Assembly: GCA_040381195.1 (NCBI GenBank)
Contig: JBEIHR010000002.1
Location: 1-56,262 of the forward strand
DNA length: 56,262 nt
Reading direction: 5' to 3'
Origin: Rubricoccaceae bacterium
Lineage (GTDB): Bacteria > Actinomycetota > Actinomycetes > S36-B12
In this document: positions 9,838 to 18,206 of the stretch, piece after piece
Layout: the number at the start of each line of letters is the position of its first letter
Position numbering within the stretch: the first letter of the stretch is position 1
Notes under the pieces: model-generated
Told to the model about the DNA's origin: nothing
The model's input: the letters and a program-made list of their open reading frames with translations, nothing else
Database searches by the model: none
Program-made: the position numbers and the translations under genes

Positions 9838-10106
9838 CCGGTGGAGGCGGCGACCGCCCACACGCGACGAGGCCCCTCGAAGTATGAGTTCGAGGGGCCT
9901 CGCCATGAAGTCGGGCTCAGGTCTCCGGTCTCCCGGGCTTCCGCGGCTGTGCAGTCCGCGGTGCTCACTCCGGCGTTGCCGCCTTTGCTGACCGAGTCTT
10001 TCCGACTCCGCGTTACCTTCCACCTCGCCGACCCCGCCAGCACCCGGGGTCTTTCCGGTCGAACCGTTAGGCGTTGCTTCCGATCTCGCCCGCACCTTGC
10101 GGTGCG
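9838..10106 (-). ncRNA. Candidate structured RNA or long 5' leader of unknown class
   Basis: The 408-bp gap has no credible CDS. The minus strand folds into consecutive hairpins: 10091-10106 (GCAA loop), 10030-10051, 9994-10008 (GGAAA loop), 9972-9983 (GCAA loop), 9941-9961, 9925-9936 (GAGA loop), 9868-9902 (14-bp stem) and about 9846-9858. GNRA-type loops exist only on the minus strand. Ends are approximate. Confidence 0.35.
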
Positions 10107-10112
10107 TAGGTA

Positions 10113-10143
10113 ATTTCTAACAGTCGAAGTCAAGGCACCACAA
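10113..10143 (-). promoter_or_regulatory. Putative sigma-A-type promoter driving the candidate RNA / peptidase leader
   Basis: The minus strand reads TTGTGG (10143-10138), an 18-nt spacer, then TAGAAAT (10119-10113). It sits in the only AT-rich patch of the gap. Hexamer matching by eye only. Confidence 0.3.
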
Positions 10144-10252
10144 GTGGTTTTCCAAAGATTTTCTAGGAAATCCTGACCCACGGATCACATCACGTCACAC
10201 ACGTGTCGTTTCATCACTACAGTTCACCGACTCGCACCGATTGGATGACCCT

Positions 10253-11473
10253 GTGAGCTTCGCTGTGACCGCGCGGATGCCCGATGACCGGGGTCGGGTG
10301 GGAGTCCTGTGCACCCCGCACGGCGATATCGCGACCCCGGCCTTCATCCCAGTGGGCACGCGGGCGAGTGTCAAAGCGGTCCTGCCCGAGTCGATGCGGG
10401 AGTTGGGCGCCCAAGCGTTGCTGGCCAACGCCTATCACCTGTATCTGCAACCGGGAGCGGACATCGTCGACGCGGCCGGCGGTCTCGGTGCGTTCATGAA
10501 CTGGCCGGGACCGACATTCACCGACAGCGGTGGGTTCCAAGTTCTATCCCTCGGCGTCGGTTTCAAGAAGATCCTCGCGATGGATGTCCAGGGGCGCGAG
10601 CGGGACGATGTCGTCGCGCCCGGGAAGGATCGACTCGCCCACGTCGACGACGACGGTGTGACATTCAAGTCCCATCTCGACGGAACCATGCACCGCTTCA
10701 CATCGGAGATATCGATGCGCGTGCAACATCAACTTGGTGCCGACATCATCTTCGCATTCGACGAGTGCACCACCCTGATGAACACGTACGAGTACCAGGT
10801 GAGGGCACTGGAACGAACCTCGGCGTGGGCGCGCCGATGTCTGGCTGCGCACAACGAGTTGACACGGGAGAGTCCTGCACGATCTCCCCAGGCGCTCTAC
10901 GCCGTCGTCCAGGGCGCGCAGTATGAAGACCTGCGTCGACGGTCCGCACGGGAACTGGCCGACATGTCCGTGGACGGCCGCGGATTCGAGGGGTTCGGTA
11001 TCGGAGGCGCGCTCGAGAAGCCCCGTTTGGCCGAGATCGTGGGATGGGTCACCGACGAGTTGCCCGAGGATCGACCGCGGCACCTACTCGGCATCGGGGA
11101 CCCCGATGACCTGTTCACGGGAATCGAGTCGGGGGCCGACACATTCGACTGCGTGGCTCCGTCCCGTGTGGCCCGCAATGCGGCTCTGCACGCACCAACG
11201 GGACGCTTCAACATCACGGGAGCCGACTATCGCCGACAATTCATACCGATCGACGACGAATGCGACTGCTACACGTGCACCCACTACACACGTGCCTACC
11301 TGCATCACGCGTTCAAATCGAAGGAAATGATCGCCTTCACCCTGGCCACGATCCACAATGAGCGGTTCATCGTGGGTCTGGTCGACAGGATCCGGGACGC
11401 GATCAGTTCAGGGGAGTATCCGGAGTTCAAGCGGGAGTTCCTCGGGCGCTACTACGGCCGGGTCACCCGCTGA
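10253..11473 (+). CDS. tgt: tRNA-guanine transglycosylase (queuine tRNA-ribosyltransferase)
   Basis: Lies in the 10241..11473 ORF (TTG 10241 or GTG 10253). Motifs: GVLCTPHGDIATPAFIPVGT, TDSGGFQV, FAFDECT, and the zinc site CDCYTCTHYTRAYLHH. Confidence 0.9.
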   Translation: MSFAVTARMPDDRGRVGVLCTPHGDIATPAFIPVGTRASVKAVLPESMRELGAQALLANAYHLYLQPGADIVDAAGGLGAFMNWPGPTFTDSGGFQVLSLGVGFKKILAMDVQGRERDDVVAPGKDRLAHVDDDGVTFKSHLDGTMHRFTSEISMRVQHQLGADIIFAFDECTTLMNTYEYQVRALERTSAWARRCLAAHNELTRESPARSPQALYAVVQGAQYEDLRRRSARELADMSVDGRGFEGFGIGGALEKPRLAEIVGWVTDELPEDRPRHLLGIGDPDDLFTGIESGADTFDCVAPSRVARNAALHAPTGRFNITGADYRRQFIPIDDECDCYTCTHYTRAYLHHAFKSKEMIAFTLATIHNERFIVGLVDRIRDAISSGEYPEFKREFLGRYYGRVTR

Positions 11474-12179
11474 GCGCGTAGCTCGGCTCGCGCCTCTTGA
11501 CCCAACCGATTACCGGGTAGGTGACGGGCAGGAGGACCACCTCGAGCAGCGTCTTGTAGAGGTAGCCGTAGATCACGTAGTTGAGGAACTCCGGGCCGGT
11601 GATGATCCCGTAGAAGGCGATCGTGCAGAAGACGACGGTGTCGGCGAGTTCGCCCACCGCGGTCGAGCCGATGAGTCGAGCCCAGAGTGCCCTTTCCTGG
11701 GTGCGACGCTTGATCCTCACCAAGACGTAGGCATTAAGAAGTTGGCCGACCAGGTAGCCGGCGATGCTCGCGATGACTATGCGCGGAACGAATCCGAGCA
11801 CCGCTTCGAACGAGTCCTGGTGTGCATAGCCGTCGGCCGGCGGTGCGTACTGGACCGCGAGGAATGTCATCGCAGCAAGTACCAGCATGACGAACCCCAA
11901 CACGATCGCCCTGCGGGCTGCCTTGAAGCCGTACACCTCGGACAGGATGTCTCCGATGATGTAGGCAAGGGGGAAGAGGAAGACCCCTCCGTCGGTGATG
12001 ATGGGACTGATCGCGAATCCACCGATCGACACGTCCGGTCCGAACTCGATGAGCTTGGTTGCTCCGATGTTGGAGATGAGCAGCACCGCGACGAAAACTC
12101 CGACAATCATCGGGTAGAGGCTCGACCCGGTCGTCGCGAAGTGAACGGTCCGCTCCGGGAGTCGTGGCGTCGCGTTCAT
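11463..12179 (-). CDS. yhhQ: Queuosine-precursor transporter (YhhQ/DUF165, VUT family)
   Basis: 238-aa polytopic membrane ORF that resembles E. coli YhhQ in TM layout (LLISNIGATKLIEF, FPLAYIIGDILSEVYG, GELADTVVFCTIAFYG). It converges on tgt with an 11-nt overlap. Confidence 0.8.
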   Translation of the reverse strand: MNATPRLPERTVHFATTGSSLYPMIVGVFVAVLLISNIGATKLIEFGPDVSIGGFAISPIITDGGVFLFPLAYIIGDILSEVYGFKAARRAIVLGFVMLVLAAMTFLAVQYAPPADGYAHQDSFEAVLGFVPRIVIASIAGYLVGQLLNAYVLVRIKRRTQERALWARLIGSTAVGELADTVVFCTIAFYGIITGPEFLNYVIYGYLYKTLLEVVLLPVTYPVIGWVKRREPSYALSG

Positions 12180-12183
12180 GGTG

Positions 12184-12256
12184 CGCCCCCGGCAGGATTC
12201 GAACCTGCGACCTTCGGTACCGGAAACCGGCGCTCTATCCCCTGAGCTACGGGGGC
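12184..12256 (-). tRNA. tRNA-Arg (anticodon CCG)
   Basis: Manual cloverleaf, 73 nt: acceptor GCCCCCG/CGGGGGC, D arm GCTC-AGGGGATA-GAGC, anticodon loop TTCCGGT, variable AGGTC, T arm GCAGG-TTCGAAT-CCTGC, discriminator G. CCA is not encoded. Confidence 0.9.
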
Positions 12257-12299
12257 TGGGGGACCGTCAGGTTAGCAGCGCGTCCACGATGATGGTCCC

Positions 12300-13178
12300 G
12301 TGCCGACCTTCGATATCCCGCGCCTCGTCTCGCGCGGACGCGTGGTCGCGGATGTCCATGCGCGCTCGAACGGCTCGCTCGTTGCGGCTGGTCTCGCCTT
12401 CTACACCTTCTTCGCGCTCGCCCCTGCCGCCGTCGCGATCGGAGCGATCGCGGGCGTGTTCCTTTCACCGGCGGATCTCTCCAGTGCCTGGAAGGAACTG
12501 CTCGCGCGTAGTCCCGACTCGTTGAGTGCCCTGCAGCCGGCGGTGGATGGACTCACGCAGGTCGCGATGACCGCCTCGGGCGGCGTGGCACTCATCACCA
12601 GCGCGTCGGCCCTTGTGGTGGCGATCTACGCCGCGTCGAAGAGCGTGTACGGCGTGCGTCTCGCAATGACGACCTCCTTGTCCGGAAGCGTGCCGCAGGC
12701 AGGATTCGCGCTTCGGATCGTGTCCGCGGTGGTCGCCCTCGTGGTGCTCATCGGCATCGTCGTGGGCCTCTGCCTGATCACCGTTCTGCCGAGTTTCCTC
12801 AAGGCGTTGGGACTCGATGCACCCGCCGGAACGCGCTACGGCCTGCTCAACTGGTTTCTCGTAGCACTCGTGACCTGGGTGCTGGTGTTCCTCACCTTCC
12901 GGAAGGCACCCGTCGGTGGGAGTGATGCGCGATGGACGTCACCGGGTGTGATCGTCGCGGTGCTGTGGATCATCGGTGCGATCGCTGCCTTCGGCCTCTA
13001 CAGCGCGTGGTCATCCGCGGTCGGTGCGGCACTCCTGGTCTACGGCGCCCCGATTGCGCTTCTGCTGTGGCTCTACCTCGTCGCCCTCGGTCTGCTCATC
13101 GGTGCTGCTGTGGAGGCAGCGTCAGGAGGAGAACCAGCGCGGGGGGCCGGCGACCAGGGCGGTGACGAAAGCTCCTAG
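12300..13178 (+). CDS. YihY/BrkB family inner-membrane protein
   Basis: 292-aa ORF with about 6 TM segments and the family-typical LVAAGLAFYTFFALAPAAVAI near the N-terminus. GTG start. Confidence 0.75.
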   Translation: MPTFDIPRLVSRGRVVADVHARSNGSLVAAGLAFYTFFALAPAAVAIGAIAGVFLSPADLSSAWKELLARSPDSLSALQPAVDGLTQVAMTASGGVALITSASALVVAIYAASKSVYGVRLAMTTSLSGSVPQAGFALRIVSAVVALVVLIGIVVGLCLITVLPSFLKALGLDAPAGTRYGLLNWFLVALVTWVLVFLTFRKAPVGGSDARWTSPGVIVAVLWIIGAIAAFGLYSAWSSAVGAALLVYGAPIALLLWLYLVALGLLIGAAVEAASGGEPARGAGDQGGDESS

Positions 13179-13355
13179 CGCCGCGCCGAAGCCCATCGAC
13201 ACGCTGCCGAGGAAAGGCAGGAGCAGTCCGGCCACCCAGCCCGTCACGCCGACGCCCACACCCGCAACGACCGCGAAGGCGATCCGCCCCGAGCGTTGCC
13301 CGGGGATCCGGGCCGGCTCGCGGGACGATCCGAGGTACTTCTCGATGTCATCCAT
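13122..13355 (-). CDS. Small two-TM glycine-rich membrane protein (hypothetical)
   Basis: C-terminal 77 codons of the 13122..13691 ORF. The ATG at 13355 lies 1 nt after GGAGG. Sequence: MDDIEKYLGSS...IAFAVVAGVGVGVTGWVAGLLLPFLGSVSMGFGAALGAFVTALVAG. It overlaps the yihY 3' end antisense by 57 nt. Confidence 0.45.
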   Translation of the reverse strand: MDDIEKYLGSSREPARIPGQRSGRIAFAVVAGVGVGVTGWVAGLLLPFLGSVSMGFGAALGAFVTALVAGPPRWFSS

Positions 13356-13386
13356 ACCTCCAGTGTCACCCATGCCGACACAAAGA

Positions 13387-13420
13387 CATCGGCCCCGTCC
13401 CTTGCGGGGCGGGGCCGATG
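13387..13420 (-). terminator. Intrinsic terminator downstream of cspA
   Basis: An 11-bp GC stem (catcggccccg / cggggccgatg) 18 nt after the cspA stop. On the minus strand TCTTTGTGT follows it. Confidence 0.6.
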
Positions 13421-13438
13421 CAAGCCTGATGGTGGAAC

Positions 13439-13642
13439 TCAGGCGATACGGACCTTGTCCGCCTGAGGTCCCTTCGGACCCTGGGTGATCTCGAACTCGA
13501 CCAGCTGGTTCTCCTCCAGCGAGCGGTAGCCATCGGCCTCGATCGCGGAGTAGTGGACGAATACATCGGGACCACCGTCGGCCTGGGCGATGAAGCCGTA
13601 GCCCTTTTCGGCGTTGAACCACTTGACGGTTCCTTGAGCCAT
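13439..13642 (-). CDS. cspA: Cold-shock protein (CspA family)
   Basis: 67 aa: [34 protein letters not shown], with the RNP1 and RNP2 motifs. An AAGGAGA RBS lies 6 nt upstream. The upstream part of the track ORF is spurious. Confidence 0.95.
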   Translation of the reverse strand: MAQGTVKWFNAEKGYGFIAQADGGPDVFVHYSAIEADGYRSLEENQLVEFEITQGPKGPQADKVRIA

Positions 13643-13846
13643 GATGCGCGTTCTCCTTGCAGTAGGTGGCGCCGAACACCTCGCCCGGCACCGGCAGATC
13701 CGCAAACCTACGTTCGGGATCTGATGGTGCTCAGAGATTCGCGACCCGGGGGCCACGCCAAACGGTCGTGCTCATGGTTCTGCCTGCCAGCAGCATAACC
13801 ACATCCGGGGCCCCCGTGTACCACGGCCAGTGGATACCCTCGCGCG

Positions 13847-15505
13847 GTGACCATCGACGAACTACGTGCGCTCGTCGACGCGCAGGTGCGAGCGTGGGCC
13901 ACGGACGCGGGTGTCACCCTCCCCACGAACTGGTCCGCCGAGCTGGAGCGACCGAAATCCCGGGATCATGGGGACTACGCAACCAACGCCGCACTCACCC
14001 TCGCGAAGGTCTCCGGAACCCCCCCGCGCGAGATCGGTCACGCGCTTGCCGAGCGTCTCGGGGCCGCCCCGGGGATCGCGGCGGCTGAGGTAGCCGGCCC
14101 GGGCTTCGTCAATCTTCGTCTTGAATCCGCGGCGCAGGGGGAAATCGCCCGGGTCGCGGTCACAACGGGGGCGGACTTCGGGCGTGGGTCGGCGCTCCGG
14201 GGAAAGAAGGTGAACGTCGAATTCATCTCGGCGAATCCGACAGGCCCCCTTCATCTCGGTCACACCCGCTGGGCGGCCGTCGGTGATGCCCTCGCCCGAG
14301 TCCTGGCCGCGGCCGGCGCCGAAGTGACCACGGAGTTCTACATCAACGACCGCGGTGTCCAGATGGATCGCTTTGGTGCCTCTGTGATGGCGGCGGCACA
14401 TGGCCAGCCGGTTCCCGACGACGGTTACCACGGTGGTTACATCACCGATCTCGCTGCTCGCGTCGTTCAGGCGCAGCCGGGGATCACCGAACTTCCGGAA
14501 CAGGAGCAGTTCATCGCCTTCCGCGAGGCTGCCTACGCCGAACAGCTCGCGCAGCAGCAGGCCGTGCTGCGGATCTTCCGCACAACCTTCGACGTGTGGT
14601 ACTCCGAGCGAACCCTTCATGAATCGGGAGCAGTGGCGCGCGGCATCGAGGTACTCAGGTCCGGGGGGCATACCTATGACGAGGGTGGCGCACTGTGGTT
14701 GCGCACCACGGACTTCGGTGATGACAAGGATCGGGTTCTGCTCAAGGCGGACGGTGAGTACACCTACTTCGCCTCCGACACCGCGTACTACGTCGACAAG
14801 CGTGCCCGGGGTTTCGATCTGGCGATCTACCTGCTGGGGGCGGACCACCACGGCTACGTGAACCGCTTGCGAGCGGTGGCCGCATGCGCGGGAGACGACA
14901 TGAACACCCATGTAGAGGTGCTGATCGGCCAGTTGGTGAAGATCACGCGCGGCGGTGAGGAGGTGCGCCTGTCCAAGCGCGCGGGCACCATCGTCACCCT
15001 CGAGGATCTGGTCGAGGAGGTGGGCGTCGACGCGGCTCGCTACACCCTGACCCGCTACCCGGTGGACTCTCCACTGACGATGGATATCGACGTCATCACC
15101 GCCCACACCAACGACAATCCGGTCTTCTACGTGCAGTACGCCCATGCACGGATCGCGTCCGTTCTGCGCAACGCCCAGGAACTGGGGGTCGACTGGCGCA
15201 GTGCGGACTTCGATCCGGGATTGCTCACCCATGAGAAGGAAAACGATCTCCTCGGGTTGATCGCCGAATTTCCGGGGATCGTCGCCAGTGCGGCCGAGTT
15301 GCGCGAACCCCATCGGATCGCGCGCTACCTCGAGTCGCTGGCAACGAGCTACCACCGCTTCTACGACTCGTGTCGGGTGCTGCCGCGATCCGATGAGAAT
15401 CTCGAGCCGATCCACATCGCGCGCCTTTGGCTGTGCGCCGCTGCCCTCCAGACGTTCGCGAACGGCCTCGGCCTGCTCGGTGTGAGTGCACCAGAACGCA
15501 TGTAG
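13847..15505 (+). CDS. argS: Arginine--tRNA ligase
   Basis: 552 aa. HIGH-type motif ANPTGPLHLGH; YVQYAHARIASVLR; family-typical C-terminal ...PERM. Confidence 0.95.
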   Translation: MTIDELRALVDAQVRAWATDAGVTLPTNWSAELERPKSRDHGDYATNAALTLAKVSGTPPREIGHALAERLGAAPGIAAAEVAGPGFVNLRLESAAQGEIARVAVTTGADFGRGSALRGKKVNVEFISANPTGPLHLGHTRWAAVGDALARVLAAAGAEVTTEFYINDRGVQMDRFGASVMAAAHGQPVPDDGYHGGYITDLAARVVQAQPGITELPEQEQFIAFREAAYAEQLAQQQAVLRIFRTTFDVWYSERTLHESGAVARGIEVLRSGGHTYDEGGALWLRTTDFGDDKDRVLLKADGEYTYFASDTAYYVDKRARGFDLAIYLLGADHHGYVNRLRAVAACAGDDMNTHVEVLIGQLVKITRGGEEVRLSKRAGTIVTLEDLVEEVGVDAARYTLTRYPVDSPLTMDIDVITAHTNDNPVFYVQYAHARIASVLRNAQELGVDWRSADFDPGLLTHEKENDLLGLIAEFPGIVASAAELREPHRIARYLESLATSYHRFYDSCRVLPRSDENLEPIHIARLWLCAAALQTFANGLGLLGVSAPERM

Positions 15506-15524
15506 GCGGCACTAGCCTGAACCC

Positions 15525-16856
15525 GTGTCTGCCGCGAATCTCGGTCCCATGTGGCCCCAGGGTGCGCGACGCAGTGCCGATGGGAGCCTCGTCGTCGGGG
15601 GAGTCGACGTGCGAGATGCGGTCACGAGCTACCAGAGTCCGGTCTTCCTGATCGACGAGACCGACGTGCGGACTCGGGCCCGGGAATTCCGCAACGCCTA
15701 CACGGCGGCGGGTGCCAGTCGGGTCTACTACGCGGCCAAGGCTTTTCTCACCACGACGATCGCCCGATGGGTTCACGAGGAGGGCCTGGGGATCGACGTC
15801 GCCAGCGGCGGGGAACTGACCGTCGTCCAGAGGGCAGGAATCCCCGGCGAGGCAATCGTCATGCACGGCAACAACAAGTCGATGGCGGAGATTGAGCAGG
15901 CAGTCGGGTACGGGGTCGGTCGCATCGTGATCGACTCCTTCGAGGAGATCGCACGCGTTGCCGACGCCGCTGCACGGGCCAATGTCGTGCAACCGGTCTT
16001 GGTGCGCGTGACGGTGGGTGTCGAAGCACACACTCACGAATACATCGCCACCGCGCACGAGGATCAGAAGTTCGGCGTGTCCGCCTCGAAGGATGTTGAC
16101 GAGGCCGTCCGGCGCATCAGCGCACTCCCGTCACTGACCCTCGTCGGTCTGCACTCGCACATCGGCTCACAGATCTTCGACGCATCCGGTTTCGAGGTCG
16201 CGGCCGCCCGCATCGTCGCCGTGGCTCAACGCCTGTGGGACCACCAGGGGATCGAGATCGAGGAACTCAACCTCGGTGGGGGCATGGGTATCGCGTATCT
16301 CGAAGATGACGACCCCCTAGATGTCGCGGACATGGCGCGCGAGATCGGCGCGATCGTCGAGGCCCAATGCGCTCAGGCCGGAATCCCGCGTCCGGCACTG
16401 GCCTTCGAACCGGGGCGCGCGATCATTGGTCCTGCGGGAGTTACCGTCTATGAGGTCGGAACCGTGAAGCCGGTCAGCCTTGATGGTGATCAGACACGCT
16501 GGTACGTCTCGGTCGACGGTGGAATGAGCGACAACATCCGGACTGCCCTCTACGGTGCGGAATACACCGTGATGCTGGCATCCCGCATCTCTCAGGCCCC
16601 CGACATCCCGTGCCGGGTCGTGGGCAAGCACTGCGAATCCGGTGACATCGTGGTCCGCGACGCACTGTTGCCTGCGGATATCGCACCCGGTGACCTCCTC
16701 GCGGTCGCTGCCACCGGGGCCTACTGCCGGGCGATGGCATCCAATTACAACTACCTTCCCCGCCCCGCGGTAGTCGGGGTTTCCGATGGGCGCACACAGG
16801 TCGTGCTGCGGCGGGAGACCCTCGACGATCTGATGCACCTGGACCCGGGTGCGTGA
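15525..16856 (+). CDS. lysA: Diaminopimelate decarboxylase
   Basis: 443 aa. PLP-lysine region YYAAKAF; GIDVASGGEL; CESGD. It follows argS as in other actinobacteria. Confidence 0.95.
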   Translation: MSAANLGPMWPQGARRSADGSLVVGGVDVRDAVTSYQSPVFLIDETDVRTRAREFRNAYTAAGASRVYYAAKAFLTTTIARWVHEEGLGIDVASGGELTVVQRAGIPGEAIVMHGNNKSMAEIEQAVGYGVGRIVIDSFEEIARVADAAARANVVQPVLVRVTVGVEAHTHEYIATAHEDQKFGVSASKDVDEAVRRISALPSLTLVGLHSHIGSQIFDASGFEVAAARIVAVAQRLWDHQGIEIEELNLGGGMGIAYLEDDDPLDVADMAREIGAIVEAQCAQAGIPRPALAFEPGRAIIGPAGVTVYEVGTVKPVSLDGDQTRWYVSVDGGMSDNIRTALYGAEYTVMLASRISQAPDIPCRVVGKHCESGDIVVRDALLPADIAPGDLLAVAATGAYCRAMASNYNYLPRPAVVGVSDGRTQVVLRRETLDDLMHLDPGA

Positions 16857-16904
16857 CGGAGGCGGGCCCCGAACCTGAGAGGCTATGTCCGATTCGGGTG
16901 AGGA

Positions 16905-18206
16905 GTGGCCGCCGTGGCTGAGAAGCGTCCCATCACCGTCGCGCTGCTCGGAGCAGGCACGGTGGGCTCCTCCGTTGCCTCGCTCCTGGCCGAGAACTCC
17001 GAGGACTTCGCCCATCGGATCGGCGCGCCCGTCGAACTCACCGGGGTGGCCGTCCGAGATCCTGCGCGAGCGCGCCCGGGTATCGCGTCATCGCTGCTGA
17101 CCGACGATGTGCTCGGCCTTGCGGCGTCCGGTGCGGACGTGGTTGTCGAGGTGATGGGCGGAATCGAACCGGCCCGCTCGGCGATCCTTGCGGCGATGGC
17201 AGCAGGCTCGAGTGTCGTGACGGCGAACAAGGCGCTGCTCGCCGAAGATGGTGCGTCGCTCTATCGAGCGGCCGCCGAGCACGGGGTCGACCTCTATTTC
17301 GAAGCTTCGGTGGCAGGTGCGATCCCGCTGCTGCGACCGCTGCGTGAGTCCCTCGCGGGGGATCGCGTGGTCTCCGTCATGGGAATCGTCAACGGCACCA
17401 CGAACTTCATGCTGACGAAGATGGATGAGGACGGTGCCGACTACGACGATGTCTTCGCCGAGGCGCACGCGTTGGGGTACCTCGAAGCTGATCCCACCCT
17501 CGACGTCGGTGGACACGACGCCGCTGCGAAGGCTGCGATCCTTGCGGAGTTGGCCTTCCACACGCGCGTGACGATCGACGACGTGTACGTCGAGGGCATC
17601 ACGGACGTGACCGCGGAGGATATGCGGGCTGCCCGCGCCATGGGATTCGTCATCAAGCTGCTGGCGGTCGCGGAGCGGGTGGGGGAGGGCATCGTGGTGC
17701 GCGTGCACCCGGCGATGATTCCGCGCGAGCATCCGTTGGCGAGTGTCCGCGGTGCGTTCAATGCTGTCTTCGTCGAAGCGGAGGCTGCCGGCGAGATGAT
17801 GTTCTACGGACGAGGCGCGGGCGGTAACCCGACCGCGAGCGCGGTGCTCGGGGATGTCGTTGCCGCCGCGCGCAATCGACGTGCGGGGGGGCTCGGGCCG
17901 GGGGAGAGCACGTACTCCAACCTTCCGGTGCTCGACATCGGATCGGCGCACACGCGCTACTACGTGAATCTCGATGTCACGGACCGTCCCGGTGTTCTCG
18001 CATCCATCGCCAATTCGTTCGCCGAGCATGGCGTGAGCATCCAGGTCGTTCGCCAGGACGGCCACGGTTCAGAAGCCGGGCTCATCGTCCGCACGCACCG
18101 TGCCCAGGATGCTGCTCTCCAGGCCACGATCGCTGCTCTGCGGGAACTCGACACCGTCAAGCGCGTCGTCGGTGTGATGCGCGTCGAAGGTGAGGCGGGC
18201 GACTAA
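16905..18206 (+). CDS. hom: Homoserine dehydrogenase
   Basis: 433 aa. NAD fold [13 protein letters not shown]; ANKALLA; C-terminal ACT domain. GTG 16914 is an alternative start with better spacing from GAGGAG. Confidence 0.9.
   Translation: MAAVAEKRPITVALLGAGTVGSSVASLLAENSEDFAHRIGAPVELTGVAVRDPARARPGIASSLLTDDVLGLAASGADVVVEVMGGIEPARSAILAAMAAGSSVVTANKALLAEDGASLYRAAAEHGVDLYFEASVAGAIPLLRPLRESLAGDRVVSVMGIVNGTTNFMLTKMDEDGADYDDVFAEAHALGYLEADPTLDVGGHDAAAKAAILAELAFHTRVTIDDVYVEGITDVTAEDMRAARAMGFVIKLLAVAERVGEGIVVRVHPAMIPREHPLASVRGAFNAVFVEAEAAGEMMFYGRGAGGNPTASAVLGDVVAAARNRRAGGLGPGESTYSNLPVLDIGSAHTRYYVNLDVTDRPGVLASIANSFAEHGVSIQVVRQDGHGSEAGLIVRTHRAQDAALQATIAALRELDTVKRVVGVMRVEGEAGD

Noticed and set aside
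9915-9945. AAGCCCGGGAGACC resembles both the cobalamin-riboswitch B12 box (AGYCMGGAGACCKGCC) and the 3' AAAAGCCCGGGAGA element of ykkC/guanidine-I riboswitches.
   Set aside because: The rest of either aptamer is missing as far as I can recall: GGGAA..GGTG..AA.CC..GCCACTG for cobalamin, and CTAGGGTTCCG / GGTCCGAGAG / ACGG.GGGA for ykkC. Locally the motif is simply a ccgg-GAGA-ccgg tetraloop hairpin, and the downstream gene (a peptidase) fits neither regulon. A covariance-model search should still test it.
9838-10110. Possible tmRNA or RNase P RNA. The minus strand has AACGGTTCGAC near its 5' part, ACTGCAC...GGAAGCCC later, ends in GCCGCCTCCACC, and contains GGCGGCAACGCCGG, reminiscent of an RNase P L18 hairpin.
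   Set aside because: There is no tRNA-like T arm (GGTTCGATTCC), no acceptor pairing between the ends, and no tag ORF ending in ...LAA-stop. The segment is about 100 nt too short for tmRNA. The universal RNase P P4 elements (GAGGAAAGTCCGGGC, ACAGAACCCGGCTTA) are absent. The resemblances are short GC-rich words.
9832-10113. 93-aa plus-strand ORF (MKPVEAATAHTRRGPSKYEFEG...) and a 90-aa minus-strand ORF filling the gap
   Set aside because: There is no RBS. The ORF starts on top of the peptidase start region, and the product is Arg/Ser/Pro-rich without hydrophobic core periodicity. Third-position GC is only moderately elevated and decays in the second half. The stem-loops explain the open frames better.
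7542-10181. 879-aa ORF on the minus strand, the longest in the track
   Set aside because: It runs antisense through the PAC2 gene, out of frame through the peptidase gene, and across the intergenic gap. The product is an Arg/Pro/Gly-rich string with no motifs. This is a typical stop-codon-poor shadow frame of high-GC DNA.
10107-10252. Possible preQ1-type riboswitch upstream of tgt, and palindromes (CACGT-N5-ACGTG at 10191-10205, TTCTAGGAA at 10161-10169)
   Set aside because: I could not find any preQ1-I/II/III core sequence, and tgt is not a typical riboswitch target. The palindromes are short (5-bp arms) and expected by chance. They are noted only as possible operator sites within a putative tgt promoter (GTCACA-N17-TACAGT).
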